A stretch of 60,782 nucleotides of DNA from the NCBI GenBank assembly GCA_035389045.1, contig DAOORA010000002.1, positions 78,957 through 139,738 of the forward strand, written 5' to 3'. This stretch comes from Bacteroidales bacterium. Its GTDB lineage: Bacteria > Bacteroidota > Bacteroidia > Bacteroidales > CAIWKO01. Every line of letters starts with the position of its first letter. Positions within the stretch are counted from its first letter, which is position 1. The translations under genes and the position numbers were made by a program. This document shows positions 57,369-60,782 of the stretch, in pieces. A model generated the notes under the pieces. The model worked only from the letters and a program-made list of their open reading frames with translations. It did not search any database and was not told the DNA's origin.

Positions 57369-58826
57369 TCATTGTTTTACAAGTTTTCCGGTAAATATGC
57401 TGCTATCTGATTTCACCCTTAATAAATAGCAACCGCTCTTAAACGATGCTCCGTTTATGCTGATTTTGTTGGTGTTTCGAATCTCATAAGTGCATAATGC
57501 TTCACCCAGTAAATTAATTACTTGTAGTGTTCCCGTTTTTATGAACGGGAAAGAAACAGTAAACTCATTGCCGGTAACAGGGTTGGGATAAACAGACATG
57601 GCATTTTTTTCATTATCTTTTTCGCCAACTGAAGAAGTATTGCCGCAGGTATCAACATAATTACCCCCAGTCCATTTTATTAAGCCAGGCATTACCACAC
57701 TGTCGATATAAAAAAAATAATTCCCTACATATAAATCATTTCTAAAAGAAGTGATTGCATTAGCAGGAAAAATAAAATTAGAACCCAAACTGCACCAGTC
57801 CGTCCCATTCCATTTTGCAATATACCTTGAAGGTATGCCTCCGGCAAAATCAAAATCACCTATAACCCACAATTCATTGTTAAATACCTGAAAGCGACGT
57901 ACAGGAACATTATTTCCATATTGACCTGAAACTCCGCCACCAACCTCTGACCATGTCCCACCATTCCATTTTTGAATAAAATCACCTGTATTACCGTCTG
58001 CTTTAGAAAAATTACCACCTACATAAAGTTCACCATTATAAACTGCCATTCCATAAATCATAGATTGCAAACCTTTTATACCGCCACCTACTATTTCCCA
58101 TTTTATTCCATCCCAACATACGATATTGATGGGATTATTTAAACTATCCTGTATTATACCGGCAGCATACAATTTTCCGTTATAGGCAGCCATCGTAAAA
58201 ATAGTGCTGCCATTGTAATTATAATTTCCGACATTCGACCAATTATTTCCATCCCATTTTGCTATATTTCTTGCTGATATCGAACCTGCTTTTTCAAACA
58301 TTCCACCTGCGTACAGTTCATCATTAAATACTAAAAAAAACCAAATTTTACCCCAGCTGCCACTATTAAATGTAACACCTTTTTGAAGGGAATCCCATTT
58401 TATTCCATTCCATTTTGCAATACCATTAACTGTAATGCTATCAACAAACAAAAAGCTCCCACCTGCATAAATCTCATTTTTATATTTGGTTAAAGAATAA
58501 ACAGGGCGTGGAAAACAACCGGCGCAAACAGGTGAAAAACAATCCCAATCCACTCCACAACCCAAGGGAGAAAAATTAGTTCCATCCCATTCTGCAATCC
58601 CATAAACAATTGTAGAATCAATTTTAGAAAAATCGCCACCTATATATAATTTATTTTCAACGGTATCAGGATAAAAGCACCAAATATACCTGTTGAAATC
58701 AGATCCCAACGATTGCCAATTTTGTTGGGCTTTTATGTTTGTTATAAATAGAAGTAAAATCGCAATACATAAATAGTATTGTATATGTATTGCGATTGTT
58801 TTTTGATATTTTAATAAAATACCCAT
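57369..58826 (-). CDS. T9SS-secreted beta-propeller protein (LY.GG.F...IAKW(D/N)G..W repeats)
   Basis: Signal peptide ending IKA-Q; six to seven ~50-aa repeats; CTD VYPNPV...SGCYLLRV...GKLVKQ. Confidence 0.85.
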   Translation of the reverse strand: MGILLKYQKTIAIHIQYYLCIAILLLFITNIKAQQNWQSLGSDFNRYIWCFYPDTVENKLYIGGDFSKIDSTIVYGIAEWDGTNFSPLGCGVDWDCFSPVCAGCFPRPVYSLTKYKNEIYAGGSFLFVDSITVNGIAKWNGIKWDSLQKGVTFNSGSWGKIWFFLVFNDELYAGGMFEKAGSISARNIAKWDGNNWSNVGNYNYNGSTIFTMAAYNGKLYAAGIIQDSLNNPINIVCWDGIKWEIVGGGIKGLQSMIYGMAVYNGELYVGGNFSKADGNTGDFIQKWNGGTWSEVGGGVSGQYGNNVPVRRFQVFNNELWVIGDFDFAGGIPSRYIAKWNGTDWCSLGSNFIFPANAITSFRNDLYVGNYFFYIDSVVMPGLIKWTGGNYVDTCGNTSSVGEKDNEKNAMSVYPNPVTGNEFTVSFPFIKTGTLQVINLLGEALCTYEIRNTNKISINGASFKSGCYLLRVKSDSSIFTGKLVKQ

Positions 58827-58833
58827 ATTAAAA

Positions 58834-60780
58834 CTATTGAATTATAATTTTTTTACAAATTACATTGTCATCACTCTTCAATTGTAATAAATATAACCCT
58901 TTTGAAAAAGAACTAAGGTCAATTGTCATGGTTTGATTACCAAAAGAATTTTTGAAGTTTTGTTTAAAAATACAACTACCGGTCACATTGTATATTTCTA
59001 ACAATAAATCGGTGCTGGATTTAGTATTTATTAATAAATTAAAAAGCCCGTCTGTAGGATTGGGATAAACAGATAAATTATCAACAATTTCTGTCTGTTC
59101 ATTTATGCTCACAGGTAACGAACTTAGATCAAAATAAGCAAAAAAACCATCGTCAGTATGATAAGTGCATAAACTGGGTTGATAATAGGCTCCATTATTT
59201 AAATTGGCCAATGGTATTTTTGCTGAAGTACTATTGGTTACTCCTACCATGGTAAGCCTGTTTTGCGAAACGGCCACAGCATTGCCCCAGTCAGAACCTT
59301 CCATTCCACTTCCACCTCCATAGAAAGTGGCCCATAAAGGAACCAGATTTAAATTTAAGTAAATTAAAAAAGCATCTGTTGCGGCAACAGAATCGTAGTT
59401 CGACAAATAATTTTGTGAAAATAATGTAGATGGCGAATTATTAATAACCGGAAAGGTGCTACTCTCGGTATTGCCTGTAACAAATACCCTGTTAGAGGCA
59501 TCAACCACAATGTTAGAACTGGCATCTCCCGCACTACCGCCGTAAAGGCCCGTTACCATTTGAACACATGAACTGCTAAATTTACTGATAATTACATCTC
59601 CTAAATCTGTATAAACAAAAGGTGCAAAAGGTCCATGATAGATGTCCATACCCGTAGGTGCATTATAGAAAGGAAAATTTGTTTCACTTCTTGAAAATCC
59701 TGTAACATAAATGTTCCCAGAATTATCTGTTGTTATTCCATCTCCTTCTTCATTTTCATCACCTCCAAAATAGGTCGACCAAATTAACGAATCAGAAGTA
59801 TTAAATTTTGCAATAAAAGCATCCATATCACCCCGAAGTGTCGGTTGCCAATATGCTCCGCCACCAAAATTAACTTTTGGGTAAGCTGTTGAATTCGTAA
59901 CACCTGTAATTAGTAAATTGCCATTCGGATCACATGCTACACTTTTAATATTTTCGGTACCGTTAGTTCCGCCAAATCCTGTAGCCCATACTAATGAATC
60001 ATGAGTGTTGAATTTTGCAATATATCCTACTCCGTATGTTCTATTATAAGCTCCTGCAAGCGAAACTATAGGCGTATTACCCTGCCTTGATCCAACAATA
60101 TATAAATTACCTGCATTATCAGTAGCCATATCCCATAAATCTTCGAGAAAAGTATCTGTCGTTCCGCCTAAATAAGTTGCCCAAATTGGATGTCCATCTT
60201 CTTTACTCAATCTTGCAATAAACATATCTTGTTTGTATGAGCCAGTGCCAGATAATGTAGAGTCAACATATGCTCCATTGCCAGGATTAGCTATGGGTAA
60301 ATTAACACTTTGGGTATGGCCACCAATAAAAATATTGCCAGCATTATCAACAGCTATGCTTCTGGCGTAATCTGTGCCTTGTGATCCTACATCCGTTGGC
60401 AACCCTCCGCCATAGAGTGTTGTCCAAATTGGTAATAAATCGGGTTGTAATGCTATAACTAAAGCATCAGAAGCATTGTTAGTTGAAGAAATGATTCCTG
60501 ATATTGTCGGAAAACTTGGTCCATAAGTATATCCGGTGACATAAACTTTTCCTGCTGCATCAGTTGCTACATCAGTAAAATAATCTCGTCCGGCGCCACC
60601 ATAATAAGTAGAGTGTAGAAGGTTTCTGTCAGATTGTAGTATTGTATTTCCATTCCCCTCATCCACCTGTATCACCAGTGCATTTGTACTATCGTAAGTT
60701 CCAATATTAAACTTATATGTACTATCAGCTCCATTGGTCTGCCAGTTGGCTGTCCATCCTGTAATACTATCTATAACGTT
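58834..60780 (-). CDS. T9SS-secreted SBBP (seven-bladed beta-propeller) repeat protein, 5'-truncated by the window edge
   Basis: Repeats of W.TY.GG...D....(I/V)A.D..GN(I/V)Y(V/I)TG.T.S..FP...DAFIAKF; CTD VYPNPT...KGLYLLQL...KKIIIQ. The frame stays open to the window end (FNIGTYDSTNALVI precedes the propeller). Confidence 0.88.
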   Translation of the reverse strand, partial: NVIDSITGWTANWQTNGADSTYKFNIGTYDSTNALVIQVDEGNGNTILQSDRNLLHSTYYGGAGRDYFTDVATDAAGKVYVTGYTYGPSFPTISGIISSTNNASDALVIALQPDLLPIWTTLYGGGLPTDVGSQGTDYARSIAVDNAGNIFIGGHTQSVNLPIANPGNGAYVDSTLSGTGSYKQDMFIARLSKEDGHPIWATYLGGTTDTFLEDLWDMATDNAGNLYIVGSRQGNTPIVSLAGAYNRTYGVGYIAKFNTHDSLVWATGFGGTNGTENIKSVACDPNGNLLITGVTNSTAYPKVNFGGGAYWQPTLRGDMDAFIAKFNTSDSLIWSTYFGGDENEEGDGITTDNSGNIYVTGFSRSETNFPFYNAPTGMDIYHGPFAPFVYTDLGDVIISKFSSSCVQMVTGLYGGSAGDASSNIVVDASNRVFVTGNTESSTFPVINNSPSTLFSQNYLSNYDSVAATDAFLIYLNLNLVPLWATFYGGGSGMEGSDWGNAVAVSQNRLTMVGVTNSTSAKIPLANLNNGAYYQPSLCTYHTDDGFFAYFDLSSLPVSINEQTEIVDNLSVYPNPTDGLFNLLINTKSSTDLLLEIYNVTGSCIFKQNFKNSFGNQTMTIDLSSFSKGLYLLQLKSDDNVICKKIIIQ

Positions 60781-60782
60781 GT

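Overview
A 60.8-kb chromosomal window from a Bacteroidota (probably Bacteroidales-like) genome, judged from TAnnTTTG promoter boxes, AT-rich leaders without Shine-Dalgarno sites, type IX secretion (T9SS) C-terminal domains and the rel-fur-purA gene order. About half of the window (1433-32904) is a tandem array of three paralogous giant (3291, 3544 and 3316 aa) T9SS-secreted surface proteins with one shared scaffold: signal peptide, Ig/CARDB-like spacers, right-handed beta-helix, cleaved-adhesin-like module, GEVED, two MAM/jelly-roll-like modules and a CTD. Each protein has two equivalent slots inside split Ig-like domains that hold different, apparently exchangeable ~150-180 aa passenger domains. 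Two of the genes share a near-identical, gap-free 3' block and a related terminator. The rest is mostly housekeeping (tex, rel/spoT, fur-like, purA, OstA-like, rsmE, thiL, GroES-like, an RND-MFP-TolC-TetR efflux cluster, lipB). It also holds a sacsin/NOV-like GHKL ATPase whose C-terminal nuclease-like motif looks degenerate, an intergenic cluster of nested MITE/REP-like palindromes (42.0-42.7 kb), and three more T9SS cargo genes, two of them in an AT-rich block at the right edge. I saw no rRNA, tRNA, CRISPR array, integrase or intact transposase. Domain names come from motif recognition by eye, not database searches, and sub-gene coordinates are approximate.
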